A DNA stretch of 63,703 nucleotides, filler included, from Folioceros fuciformis (lineage: Eukaryota): the NCBI GenBank assembly GCA_049999805.1. It is 5 parts of 5 records of this genome, joined end to end, with 100 filler letters (N's around TTAATTAATTAA, not from the genome) between each part and the next. Parts side by side here need not be neighbours in the genome. Positions count along the whole stretch, not along the records: positions 1 to 28,603 come from JBNGIO010006268.1; 4 more parts are not named here. The stretch is one strand, 5' to 3'. Shown here one piece after another: positions 12,102 through 23,288 of the stretch. How positions within the stretch are numbered: position 1 is the stretch's first letter; every line of letters starts with the position of its first letter. The notes under the pieces are model-generated. The model did no database searches. It saw only the letters and a list, made by a program, of their open reading frames with translations, and was not told where the DNA came from. The position numbers and the translations under genes were made by a program.

Positions 12102-13214
12102 CTATCTCCGGGTCTCGTGCAGGCGATTTAGCTGTTCCCTGGTCTCCTTCGACACTGAAGGAAATGACTGGAGGTGGAGGCTATGCATTCCGTTCCATCT
12201 CGCCAGTCCCGTCACATAACTGTTAAAAAGGGCCGGGACATTGTGAGACAATGATCTGTGACTATTAAGGGGAAATACCGAACCGTGACTGTTGACTCCT
12301 CATCACTTACCCGTTCAACCTGCACGCAAGCGTGGACTCGATGAGCTGCTTGAGCGTCCGGATCTCAAGGGACTGGAACAAGGAGTTTTGCCGTGACTGC
12401 AGCCCGAACTTTTGGTAGTAGGCCCCGGCGTAGAGGAACCTTCCAGCAGGTATCAGTTTGGTAACGATACGCTTCTTGAGCGTCATCTGGTGCCGCACGC
12501 GCGACTGATGAGCCGTTCGCCTTTGGCTCGCAGTGTAGCAAAAAATAACAGACCTACACGGCTCCACAGCTTCGTCATCTCCCTGCAAGAGAAGTCCGAG
12601 ATGGCACATCAGATGGCATCGCGAAAGAAGTTCGAGAGCAACAGGAAGGATCGTTACGGCCTGAATAACACAGGAAAGGAGCAGACCTGGAAGGAAGTGT
12701 CACTAGCATCGTGACAGTGCCAGAATGTTTGCAAGAGTGTGTGATAAGTCACCTCCTGAGGATCATAGGTCAGCTGAACAGCCGGAATCCTGCCTTCGTC
12801 CTGCAATGACTCAAAGCAGAACGGATTGAGATCCAAACTGCCGACTTACAAGCAACTGTATCCAACAAGGCACATGACTATGGATGTTTACAGAATCTGG
12901 ATCGAACTGGTCGTCGTTCCCGAGGCAGAAGCCAACGGCAGTGGTGACAACGCCATTCATGGAGCCAAAAGCAGCTTCCGTAAGCCAATACGATCCTGCA
13001 CCACATCAACAAGCCTTCAGATGCTCCCAAACCTATCCTTCCACACAAGAACATCACACCTCCAGCACCAACTCTTACCTCCGGCAAAACAGGCCTTCAT
13101 CAACGCCGGCCCTGCCGGGAGCTCCTCCAGCAGCAAATTTTCCTCCTTCTCCTCCTCCTCCTCCTCCTCATAGCGGGAACCGGGACGCCGTCCCGCTGAG
13201 TGCGCAGACGCCAT
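12102..13214 (-). CDS. Peptide methionine sulfoxide reductase A-like (MSRA5-type) lacking the canonical catalytic Cys, multi-exon
   Basis: Spliced: KACFAG|GSYWLTEAAFG..GVVTTAVG, AVQLTYDPQEVTYHTLLQTFW, RSVIF, YYQKF, STLACRLNG|Y. Stop TAG at 12104-12102. Confidence 0.8.
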
Positions 13215-14249
13215 CGCTCGTCCCGGATCTAGGCTCCTTCTCTGTCGGCAACTCTTTGAGAATCAAGCGCGTCAAGCAAACCATTGCAATTCAGGGCCCC
13301 GCACTTCTTAGTGCTCTATCATCGAGCCCGATCTCCCATCCTAGGCCCGCACAGCTGCGGCGGGGAGACCGAATGCCACATCCAGCAGCTGCGACACTGA
13401 CGAATGTATGATGATGTGGTCGGCGAGTGCAGGCTTACGGAAGTGCGTGCGTCAAAGGTCGACAATTAGGAGACCCGTTTCTGACACTGACGAGCTCAGA
13501 CTACGCGACATCGACTCCGGTCACTCAAATCCGTTAATCGGCACTCTCCTTCTTGTTGGCAGGTGGATTGGTCAAGGGTAACTGTTTTCCTCGTGGACAT
13601 GTCCAATGCCTTGTCTCAGAAGCATCCAACGGTACAGAATGTAGCACAGATTTCTTAACAAGCTGGAAAAGATGAACGGATGTATCCCAATAAACTACTG
13701 CTGTTTCTATTTAATTTTCACCAACTAAGTTAAATTAGGCACTAAATTTACCACAAGGTAAGGTTGTGAGGGTATTCACATGTACCTTTGTTACCTCTGG
13801 TACGTAGGTGCTCCTTTTTCCGTCGCTGTATTATCTCATGAGGTTAAACAATAGATTCGTCTTTCTCCTTATTTTTATTATTTTTATTATAATTTTCAAA
13901 TTATCTATTTTAGGTGCTTTAATAATTCTGTGTATATCATAAATTAATATTAACATGGTGTGTGATTAATAATAATATTAATATGTATGTCTTTATTTTA
14001 GTATTTACAAGGCTATAAATATGTAAAATATCTATATAAATAATAACCTGGGTCAAAAGATGAAGACGTAGCAGTGAACTCGGGGATAGTTCTATTAGCT
14101 GGAATGACAACTTTCGATGATAAAAAGGACAAGGGTAGGACATGTGGGTGTGTAGATTTGTCTTATTTTCTCTAAATTTTAAATATTTTATTGGAAGGCT
14201 TGTGGAATGACGTTCGATTTCATACGTTTGAACGGGGCAGGAACAGTGT

Positions 14250-14900
14250 GTGAACCAGGTCTACAGCTCCGGGACAGGGATCTGGACGGAAGAACATTTG
14301 CTGACGGGATTGCTCGAATTCCGTGTCTTGGACAATCGAACTGTCTGTTTCTTGGATACTTTCCTCGAAGCTCCTCTGACACTGGATCTGTCCGCTGAGG
14401 AAGCCGCTTTGTTCCTCTCCACGCAAGGCTGGGAAACACATCTGTGGACGCTTACATGTCACAATCTTATGGCTGAAGAATTCGTCCGCTTGCATCTTGT
14501 CACGTACGAGTTGATGTACCGTCCTGTACTTCAGTCTCCTGGCACGACATTCCATGGATCTCCACATGCTTCAGAGTCAGTGGATCGGGTTAAGGTGAGA
14601 GATGCTTAGGGTATCCCCAAGTCTGTGGCACTTGTGCACTTTCTGTCTGATATCGGTGCTGCTTCACTGTGTAAGATTACACGGTCCTCTACTTTTGCAA
14701 GGTCGAGAAATGCTCGGCCAAAGCGAGATGAGAAGTCCTTGGAGTTTCTTTCCCCCCTCCATTGTGATGCAAGAGTGCAAGGTGAGGCAGCAATGCCGAT
14801 TTCTGCACAGTATTCCATACAGCCAGTATAGGAGCACGGTAGCGTCATGGAGTATGACGCGGGGATGAAAGGTCCGACGAGCTTGGGACGGAGATGGACA
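14250..14900 (+). mobile_element. Possible degenerate transposon-associated ORF within an AT-rich flanked block
   Basis: GWETHLWTLTCHNLMAEEFV and VKVRDA(LG.P) loosely resemble plant retroelement extra-ORF motifs (GW..L....EF). The reading frame is broken and both flanks are AT-rich. Confidence 0.25.
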
Positions 14901-15825
14901 CACAAGGAATTGAAGCATAGTAGCACACGCCTTGAACTTGCTTGCAGCTGTGGAATTCTACATCGCGGGCTCTTGCATTTTCCGTGACGTCACTCCACGC
15001 TAGAGTGACCAGTAACTGCAACAGTTTCCTTTCAGTCCTGCGAAAGTGAGAAGGCTTTGGCGGCCTGAACATCTCTGACAGTACCAGCGATCTTCATGTG
15101 GATCCAAAGCCCCGTGAAGAGAAGGGAAGAAATGGAGACAGCAGATACCGTGGACCAGAAATCGAACAAAAACACGCCATGTGGAGCACAAAGACAGGAG
15201 TACCAACACAACGGGAGCTCTAGAGATGCAAAGCGTATGAAGATGCAAAACCTTAACCTGAAACAGATTTCTCTAAAATGTACTTACAATTGGAATGTAG
15301 CACTTGCTCAGCCTCACCAATTGGAAACGAAAATGAAAAGTTTAGCATTCCAATTTCAATTTCCGTTTCCCTCGTCCGTCGACATAGACATAAACTGGGT
15401 GAGCTTATTTCAGGGTAATTCTGGTTCAATTCTATACTCCAAATTTCAAAAGCTGTAGTTTTCTAGCTGGACTTTTTGAACTAAACTGGGTACTTCAAAA
15501 TTGAACTACTAAACATGATGAAATGATCTTCCCTATAGCTCCATGAGTGTGTTGGCAAAGCGGATCAAGATGTGTCTTGCCTACATAGTCAAGCTGAAGC
15601 TCAAGTGTAAGTAGACTATCAAAAGGAAGACGTTGGGCAAGCCATTTCTAGTCTCGTTTCCTAGCATTCCAATTTGACTCAAGCATCAGTAGAGTGTTGC
15701 ATTTTGTAGTCTAAAACCTAGTTCTTCTTTCGTTCCAACGCATCTTCAACTTGCGGCTGTGATCTAGTTCCTACTTCCTCCTTTGGTCTCTTCCATTCCT
15801 CTAATACATCTTCAACCTGCAGACA

Positions 15826-16038
15826 CCAACCATACAATACAACACAACACAACACCACACCACACCACACCATTCCTTCTTCTTCACGTTCTTATTCAAA
15901 TTGCACCATTAGCTTAATGTTTATCTCATAATTACAAAAGTTTCCTTTAAGTTCCTTAGTGCTACAATCACTTTAAATTATTATACATTATTATGATCTT
16001 TGTATTTTATTGACTATTATATATATATATATATATAT
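15826..16038. repeat. Microsatellites: degenerate pentanucleotide (ACACC/ACAAC-type) run at ~15826-15872 and (TA)n at ~16018-16038
   Basis: Directly visible simple repeats. Confidence 0.85.
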
Positions 16039-16158
16039 GACTTTTATTTTTATTTAGATTCTTTTTTTCTTTCTTTCTTTATATAACTTAATTATTATCA
16101 TATATATTTAGGTATTAAAAATCTATTAAAATATACTATTTAGATTATTATTCATTGA

Positions 16159-16258
16159 NNNNNNNNNNNNNNNNNNNNNNNNNNNNNNNNNNNNNNNNNN
16201 NNNNNNNNNNNNNNNNNNNNNNNNNNNNNNNNNNNNNNNNNNNNNNNNNNNNNNNNNN
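16159..16258. other. Assembly gap (100 N, no linker)
   Basis: N run. Confidence 0.99.
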
Positions 16259-16769
16259 GGTTAGTAGTTCATTGGTTAAAAGTATTAAAAAATAAAAATA
16301 AAACTTATTCCTTAATTATGTTAGATTAAAATACTTTTACAAAAATAAACTAAATTTACTTGTCCTTAAGGTTAACATTTAGTTAGTGAGAAACATATAA
16401 TAAAAAAAATTGAAAGGAAAGACAATGAATTCCCCTTAGCATGTAGACTCACCTCACTGTAGCTTAATTGCCTATTAAGAGTGATGTCTACATATTTGCA
16501 AGGTCCATGATGTCGCCAACAAGAGTAACAAACTTGTGCCCTACAAAAATTAAAAAAAACAAGCTACTTCATATGAAAGCCCATACCACCATGTAGACAT
16601 GGTAGTGATTGAAGAAAGTATTGCAAGAACAAAAGAGAAGAAAAGAGTTGCCAAGGTTGGACAAGTTAACTCACAAGTGTGATACAAAGCTTGAACACCA
16701 AGAACTCAAATAAGAGCTATGAACACACACACAAGGATGTATACTCTTCCTGTGAGCACCTGCAATTAA

Positions 16770-16990
16770 ACATAACAGAAGTTGTGAGCAGGTTCTAACA
16801 TAACAGAAGTTATGAGCAGGTTCTGGGATGCGGATTCGTCCCCCTTGCCACCAGCCCTCGTCACCCTCGACTCCTCCTAAGAGCTTCTTGTGTTGGCTAC
16901 CCTCACATGCAATAAAACATTATAAATGCTCTCAACTTCTCCTAGGAGCTTCTCGCACATGTTACCCTCACATGTAATAAAACATAATAG
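16770..16990 (+). repeat. Two pairs of short direct repeats: 28-bp tandem unit x2 and ~52-bp unit x2
   Basis: acataacagaagttRtgagcaggttct twice (16770-16825); ctcctaRgagcttct...ccctcacatgYaataaaacat twice (~16872 and ~16937). Confidence 0.75.
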
Positions 16991-17399
16991 GAATATATAT
17001 ATAGGAATACCATACCCAACAAGGTCAGTTTGAGGATAAGCGAAAATGAAATGTCCAAGATCTCTGAGTATGTAAACTTTCTAGACAAAATTCAACCAGC
17101 GAAATGAGACTTCATCTTCCACCGGAGCTCACTTTGCTCTTTCGTGCATACATAAAGGCTTTCGGCGTACTCCATATTCTGGAATAATAATATACGAGAT
17201 TCATGAAAGTCAACTAATTGGGGAGGTGGTTGAACGGCCTGGAGTGCATGTGGAACCCCTGTTAGGTTTGTTTGCCTAACGGACGCTTGTCAGAAGTGCC
17301 GGCATCTCTCGGCTCTGGTTTGTTTCGGTGGGCAGTAAACGGGTACCGCGTTCCCGATGTCCCGATTCCAGCGAGGTTTGAATGCGAGTCGAGGTTCGA

Positions 17400-18414
17400 G
17401 GTCCATGCGATCCATGCCTCTGGTCTGGGAAATGGAGCCGTGTTTTGCGATCGCGGCAAGGCAAGGCAAGATGTTCAGTGCGGAAAGAACGAACCATTTT
17501 CACCTGACGTGTGTGAATGCGGCAATGTGAATTGAGGCTTGCGAGCTCGTTCAGCGATGCCTCGCCTAGCTGCTGTGCGGGAGTGGCAATGGTGGCTTGC
17601 CGTAGATCTGGAAGGCTGAAGGCATGGTGAAGAAGCACTGGACGCACAACGCCTTCAGAAGGTAGAGGTTAGTGGCGAAGAGATGGGAAGAATGAGCTCT
17701 GCCAAGCCTTGTCCTTGTAGGGGAAAGGTTTTGGTGAGTGCTTCCACCGCGGCCACTCTTGTCATCGCGTCTGCAGACAGGGTGCGATGACGCCGTCCAC
17801 ACCCTTACTGATCAAGTGGTGATAATTCACAGGGCCTGTTCATCCTGGCCAACAGCAGAATTGGCAAACAACCGACGGCAGTGTTGAGACTAGGAGTTAC
17901 ACCAACACCATGTGTGAAGTTTGATTTGATTGCGATTGCGGAGATGTGGAAACGAACGCTACGGATAGCACCACGTGAAGATGCACCGGGCCCTTTCTAA
18001 CAGCAGCGGGGCACCAACAAAGAACTCGAAGCTTACATGCACTGCTTGTCCAGACCGTGCAGTACGTGTTACATGCTATGTACCGTTTTTTATATTTGAT
18101 TTAATTAAAGTGGACTCCATATAAAATGTTATCTTCATCCTGGCAGCTCTGGAGATCACCGACGCGGCTGATATGCGCCAGACTGTGCGAGGCCGTCGTG
18201 ACGGCTACGGGACTCCTCCACATGTTAATGACACATGCTGCGAGACAACATCCGGTGCTCATCAACTGTGGAAGAGGAAGCTTTGCAAGGGGATGCTTCA
18301 TCGGGATGAGGTGTAATGGACCCCCATCATTTTGGAGTATGCCCAGAGGAGGAGGGGTGACGAGGCCCTGCAGTTGTTTGGAAGGATACAAGAGGAGGGT
18401 GCATACGGGACGAT
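17400..18414 (+). pseudogene. Degenerate PLS-type pentatricopeptide repeat fragments
   Basis: Frameshifted PPR-like motifs: ECGNV..., HGEEAL (~17510-17645), VVTATGLLHM...CG...ARGCFIGM and [28 protein letters not shown] (~18190-18400). Confidence 0.55.
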
Positions 18415-18433
18415 CGCCTTGGAGCGGGAGAGG

Positions 18434-18875
18434 ATGTTCAACAAGAAAGAGATTTTGAAGTTGGCCAAGGGCTTCAGAGACAGGTCCAAAAATTGTATCC
18501 GGGAGGCGAGGGATCGTGTGGAGAGGGCCCTGCAGTATGCCTACAGAGATCGGCGCAACAAGAAGAGGGGCATGAGAGGTTTGTGGATTCAGCGGATCAA
18601 TGCCGGGAGTCGGCAGTACGGGGTAAGGGTGCTGGCTTGTAGAGCTGGGGAATCGTGTTGCTCTAAATCCCTTGGCCGTAAATCGGCGAGTGCCTTTCAA
18701 TTTGCTCCAGGTGAACTACGGGCAGCTCATGTGCGGCTTGAACAAGGAGAACATTCAGCTTATCAGGAAGGTTCTTTCTGAGCTTGCTATGCACGAGCCT
18801 TACAGCTTCAGGACACTGGTTCAGGTTGCCAAGGGTGCCGATCCCCGGCCAGGGTTGAAGCAACTGCTGCCCTAA
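18434..18875 (+). CDS. rpl20: Ribosomal protein bL20, nuclear-encoded mitochondrial type; one intron (18623-18710)
   Basis: [15 protein letters not shown]...[56 protein letters not shown]. Confidence 0.9.
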
Positions 18876-20216
18876 GTGATTTAGGTTACGTCTGCCAACT
18901 CATCCCCATATTGCACACTCGTGGAGCACACAGCACGTTTGCCATGGTTCTTCGTCGGCCACCAGCTCAACAAGGAAGCTGCGGCATTTATGTTGACAAT
19001 GTAAGGATTTCGTCTCACGTCCTCCCGTGGTGTGCTCAATGGATGGGAGTGTGGAGCTGCTCGGCGAGGGAGTCCATCCCTGCTTTACTGATTGTACCAG
19101 TGAAGGAAGAGGAGTGTGATGTTAAGAACAACTATGAAGAGCAGCAAAAATAGCATGTTGCTCCTATTGTTTTGAATCGTTTCATTGAGCTCCTTGTTGC
19201 CTGCCTCAACGTTGTGTGTAGCATTCACCGCCTGCATGACAAGCTAGAAACAAAATAACTGACCTGTGTTGTCTACTGCACAGCGGGAAATGCTGTTCAG
19301 ACGTCGTACCTGCTGGTAAAAGTTGCTGAATCTGCTGAGCTTGCCGATGCACATGGGTGGAGAACAATTAGTTCAAAGCAGACATTTGCAGCATACTTCT
19401 CTGTGTTTGTCGCACTGAAGCCATTGTTTCAGTCAACTCAATCTGCACAAATCGAACAGAGCTCAAGTTGATAAAACTGTGTGATTTCACAACTACCATA
19501 GCGAGCAGTCGGGGCTTTACCTGTAGCCTGCGGGTTTGTTCATCTAACGCTGTTTGACGCTAAGCCTGCTTTGATGCAGCTGTCGCTGCTTCTGTGGAAC
19601 TTGTATCCTCTGTGGACCCTCTGCCAGACAGATACGAAGCCATGCGTGCAATCACAGCAGGTAAGCTTTTTTCTGTTTATTTAAGCTGACCCCCGATGTG
19701 CCTGTGTTATTGCACATGTGCAGCTCTGAAAACTTTTGCTTACCAACGCTAATGGTTTTGGCTGAAGAGTGCAGCAATTCTAGCAAACAGAGGCCCTTAC
19801 ATAGCAAATGCGGGTTCACCAACTGCAACAGATTCGCCACTCAGAAAGCGATCGTTGGGCCTCTGCACTTTGTTTGGAGCTGGATGTGTTGCTGAGGCAG
19901 CCCTTGTTGCAAAAGGAGAGTATGACGCGACCGAATTGCTTAAGTGGCTGGTCGATGCCTCTGGAGGAGGAGGGGGTCTGGGAATAGAAGGTGCTATGAG
20001 GGCTGCAGGGACTGCCACAAGTCGTGGCCAGGCATCGACACTAAGAAGCTCAAGCGTTCACAGCCCAACCAGCCACCCGAAGTTAAACGTAAACCCTGAC
20101 CACGTCCTTGAATCCAAGTTTCCTTCACTCAGCCTATCCACCCCACACCAGCTTGCCTGTAGCTTCGTATTCGCCGGCAACATTTCTCTACTAGATCAAG
20201 GAGACTGGACATGCTT

Positions 20217-20800
20217 TCAGGAAACCCTAAACCATTTGGAGACAGAAAAGGGCGACGGGAAGCTGGAATCATGGTACCCTATAATCTTATCCATGGTACC
20301 CTTCAAAGCCTGCAGTGCTTCTTGTTTGGACCTCACAACCTCTGCTTGCACTGACCTGATCCCGTCCCAAATGTCCTGGAGGCGGTCCATCACCCCCTTG
20401 CCTTGACGGACCTCTGTGTCTGCCAGCTGTGATATCTGGCCCTGTGTGTCTGTTGCCAGTTCTGATATCTGACACTTAATGCCTGTCAGCCGCCGTGATA
20501 TCAGGTACCCTAGAGTGTTCCCTTTGTCCACTGAGAGATCAGAGACAGATCGTGAAGGAATGGTTGAGCTGGAATAGAGCTGACGGGCTTCGCTTGGGTG
20601 ACAGCTCCTGACACAAACTCAGCTGAAGCTTCATCAATGCGACTTTTTTGCCTTCCATAGGAGTCTGCATTCCTCTGCACCAACTCCCTTATGTAATCTA
20701 CATCCACAAATTCTTCCAGGAAAGAAAATGTGGTCTTATGTCCATCACCTATGGGAGGCCAAGTATGCACATAGTCCATGGAAGTAGCGCCATGAACTGC
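20217..20800 (-). pseudogene. Fragment resembling the C-terminal (post-COR) region of TORNADO1-like ROCO proteins, frameshifted
   Basis: SMDYVHTWP...LEEFVDVDYIRELVQR resembles recalled TRN1 DYQHTW...DDFREVL. It is followed, after a frameshift, by a coiled-coil-like segment ending KIIGY. Confidence 0.4.
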
Positions 20801-20853
20801 TTGCCTTCACATTGCTGACTGCTACAATTACTAACTAAGGATACATACCATCC

Positions 20854-21385
20854 TTAACGAACAGGGCCCCAAGGGAATACTGGACCGCTATTCCCAACAG
20901 ATTTGAGTCCAAATCTGTTGGGAATCGCGTCCAAATAAGCGGCCCAATCTGCATATCGTCCAAGTGCAGTGACAGCCGTCTCAACCATTCGCCCATGTGA
21001 CAAACTCTTTTTATCTGGCCAGAACAACATATTCAAGAGTTAACAAGCATCGCCATCTTCACTCTCTTTCCCAGAAATTACTGGGAAGCATCTGAAGTAG
21101 GGTCAGAAGAACATTGCCTTTGGGAGGTGGCATACCCTTGGTGGTGACAGCTCCCCTTCCTGACGTATGACTGTACAAACGAATTCACAGTACCTGTCTT
21201 GTCAGGGAGTTTCATGTCTGATCGAAGCTGATCTCTTAAAGCAGCAGCAGTGAAAACACACACTTCGGCACTTTGCCACGTGTCTGCCAGGTGAAGCTTC
21301 TCCAAGATAAACTGGAGGAAGACAGCTCCAATTTCTCCATACAATGAGGTCAGCACTTCTTCAGCAAAGCTGTCACGAAACCTGA
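20854..21385 (-). pseudogene. Importin-beta family (transportin-3/importin-13-like) HEAT-repeat fragment
   Basis: FRDSFAEEVLTSLYGEIG..FLQFILEKL..ADTWQSAEVCVF and TAVTALGRYADW, in broken frames. Confidence 0.45.
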
Positions 21386-21644
21386 TGTGTAGACACAGAC
21401 ACGGCAGTTGAGTAACAGCTTCATACTCCAGCTTGAGGCATGACGATAAACAAAGGCAGTAAAACCTTACCGATGGAAACCGTCTTCGTCAGTCTCATAA
21501 ACCTCCCAGCTTTCAAAATCTGCTGGATACTAATCGAAATTATTGAAGTACCTGCGACAGCAAAGCCTCACTTGCTCAGAATTCTTGTCAACCAAGCGCA
21601 TCATCTACACTACATCTCTGCCAGTGAGTCGGTCAGTACCTAAC

Positions 21645-22640
21645 CTGTCACCGTCGGCAAGGAAGACTTTCTCTGTTTTCACTGCGCGCAGATGTCGCCA
21701 CTCTATGTGACCCTCCAGCCGTGCCATTCCTTCCCAGCCTTTTCGATGCAAAGTCCGCAGCACATCACCCCCATCACGTCAGGATCACTCTCCAGCAAAC
21801 TGTGCCAGGAGATGACAGGAGTAGGGCCACCGGCATCGCCAAACAGATTCACACCTCCAGCACAAGTCACAATCTCCGGAACCCAGAACCCTGCTCCCAT
21901 CAATGGGTCCAACCACTGCAGACAGGCCACCGATACAGGAGGAACCCATTTCAAAGTCCTCAGCTGCACAGTTCTCCATCGTGCCTTCAGCTCCTGTACA
22001 AACACCTCACCCGGAGTTGTGCAGAACAGGAAGCGGCAATCTTCTGAATGTTGTCAAACACATCCGCTATCTGCACCACCCACGATCATCAGTCTTCGTT
22101 GCTCGAGGAAACCCAGTCTGCATTCACACCCACAAACACACGAGCTACATAGTACTTCACTTACTCGACGCGGCTTCAGGGACACCACCTTGCACGCCCT
22201 ACTACCGCCCAACAAATACAGCCCACAAGCTTTCTCCAAGTCATCCACACTGACTGCACACACCGCCTTCATCTTGGGTGATGATGACATCAGGCTGCAA
22301 CTTCCTGAGCAGCTCGGCATCCACAGTATACCGTGATAGGCCACGCACCACCAGGTGCCGAACCTGCCAGTCACCCACATACATCATTGCAGCGCCACAC
22401 CATCCAATATCAGCAAAACCTGCTTCTCAAAGTACCCTGTGCATCAGTCTCGCCGCTGGCCAACTGCTCTGGGTCCTCCTCTAGCGCGTGCGCCGATACG
22501 GAGGGGAGATTCCACACGGAAGGGGGTCGCTTGCATTCATGCGAACGTCGCACCAACAGATGCTGCAATCCCAGCGCATATACAACCTCTGTGGCACCCA
22601 AGCAAGGACACGACTCTTGGCCGTGGCCCTTCAATGGTTA
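21645..22640 (-). pseudogene. BtuF-like Fe/B12 periplasmic-binding (TroA superfamily) protein, frameshifted
   Basis: RVVSLLG/ATEVVYALGLQHLLVRRSHEC, YTVDAELLRKLQPDVIITQD/AVCAVS, VVSLKP, VACLQWLDPLMGAGFWVPEIVTCAGGVNL, ISWHSLLESDPDVMGVMCCG, AVKTEKVFLADG. At least three frameshifts. Confidence 0.75.
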
Positions 22641-23206
22641 TCTCTCCTACCTCCTGCACTTCATGCACAGCTAGCTTCCTCGGCGGCTGCTAACGCTAAC
22701 ACATTTGGGTGTCATCCACTCTCCCTGGTGACAGTTCAGACCTATCCAACAAGTAGAGTATTACATCGTACTACCTAGTAAAATTGGAATAGGAGAAAGG
22801 CTCAGGAATGACTCGCGCAGCGGTCACTGTACATGCCCACCTTTCCCGCGGCAAGGTGGACTACATGCATAGGCACATGGATACATAACCAGGTTACCAG
22901 CCAGCAGGCCCTGTGTGGAATATCTGGATTGCACAGCTCGAGCTGCCGCTATTGGAGGTCAGGTGACTCAGGAGGAACAAGAGTCAGCAAAACGAAACTC
23001 TAGGAGGTGCCAACTCTGGTAAACCCGAGTCGGTGCTGGAAGCCAGTACGTAGGTGCCTTGCGCGGACGTTCTGATGATCAAGGTACTAGTGGCTTTCGG
23101 GTTGTTCAGCAGTCTGGATGGTCTTATTTTGCTTCCTTGTGCCACCATTGCCAATCCTACAAAGGGGCACTGCAGTTGCCTGTAATGTCGTTTACACAGC
23201 AATGAT

Positions 23207-23288
23207 CCTGAAAGCATGTCCAGTCTCCTTCATCTAGGAGACAAATGTTGCCGGCGAATACGAAGTGAACGCTTGAGCTTCTTAGTGG
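23207..23288 (+). repeat. Inverted partial copy of 20038-20223 with an internal deletion
   Basis: cctgaaagcatgtccagtctcctt.atctag.aga.aaatgttgccggcgaatacgaag followed by tgaacgcttgagcttcttagtg matches the reverse complement of 20164-20222 and of 20038-20060. Confidence 0.85.

Noticed and set aside
12975-12995. Possible selenocysteine (TGA) at the MsrA active site
   Set aside because: The codon at the catalytic position is TCG (Ser) in the best splice model. The nearby TGA lies within the intron.
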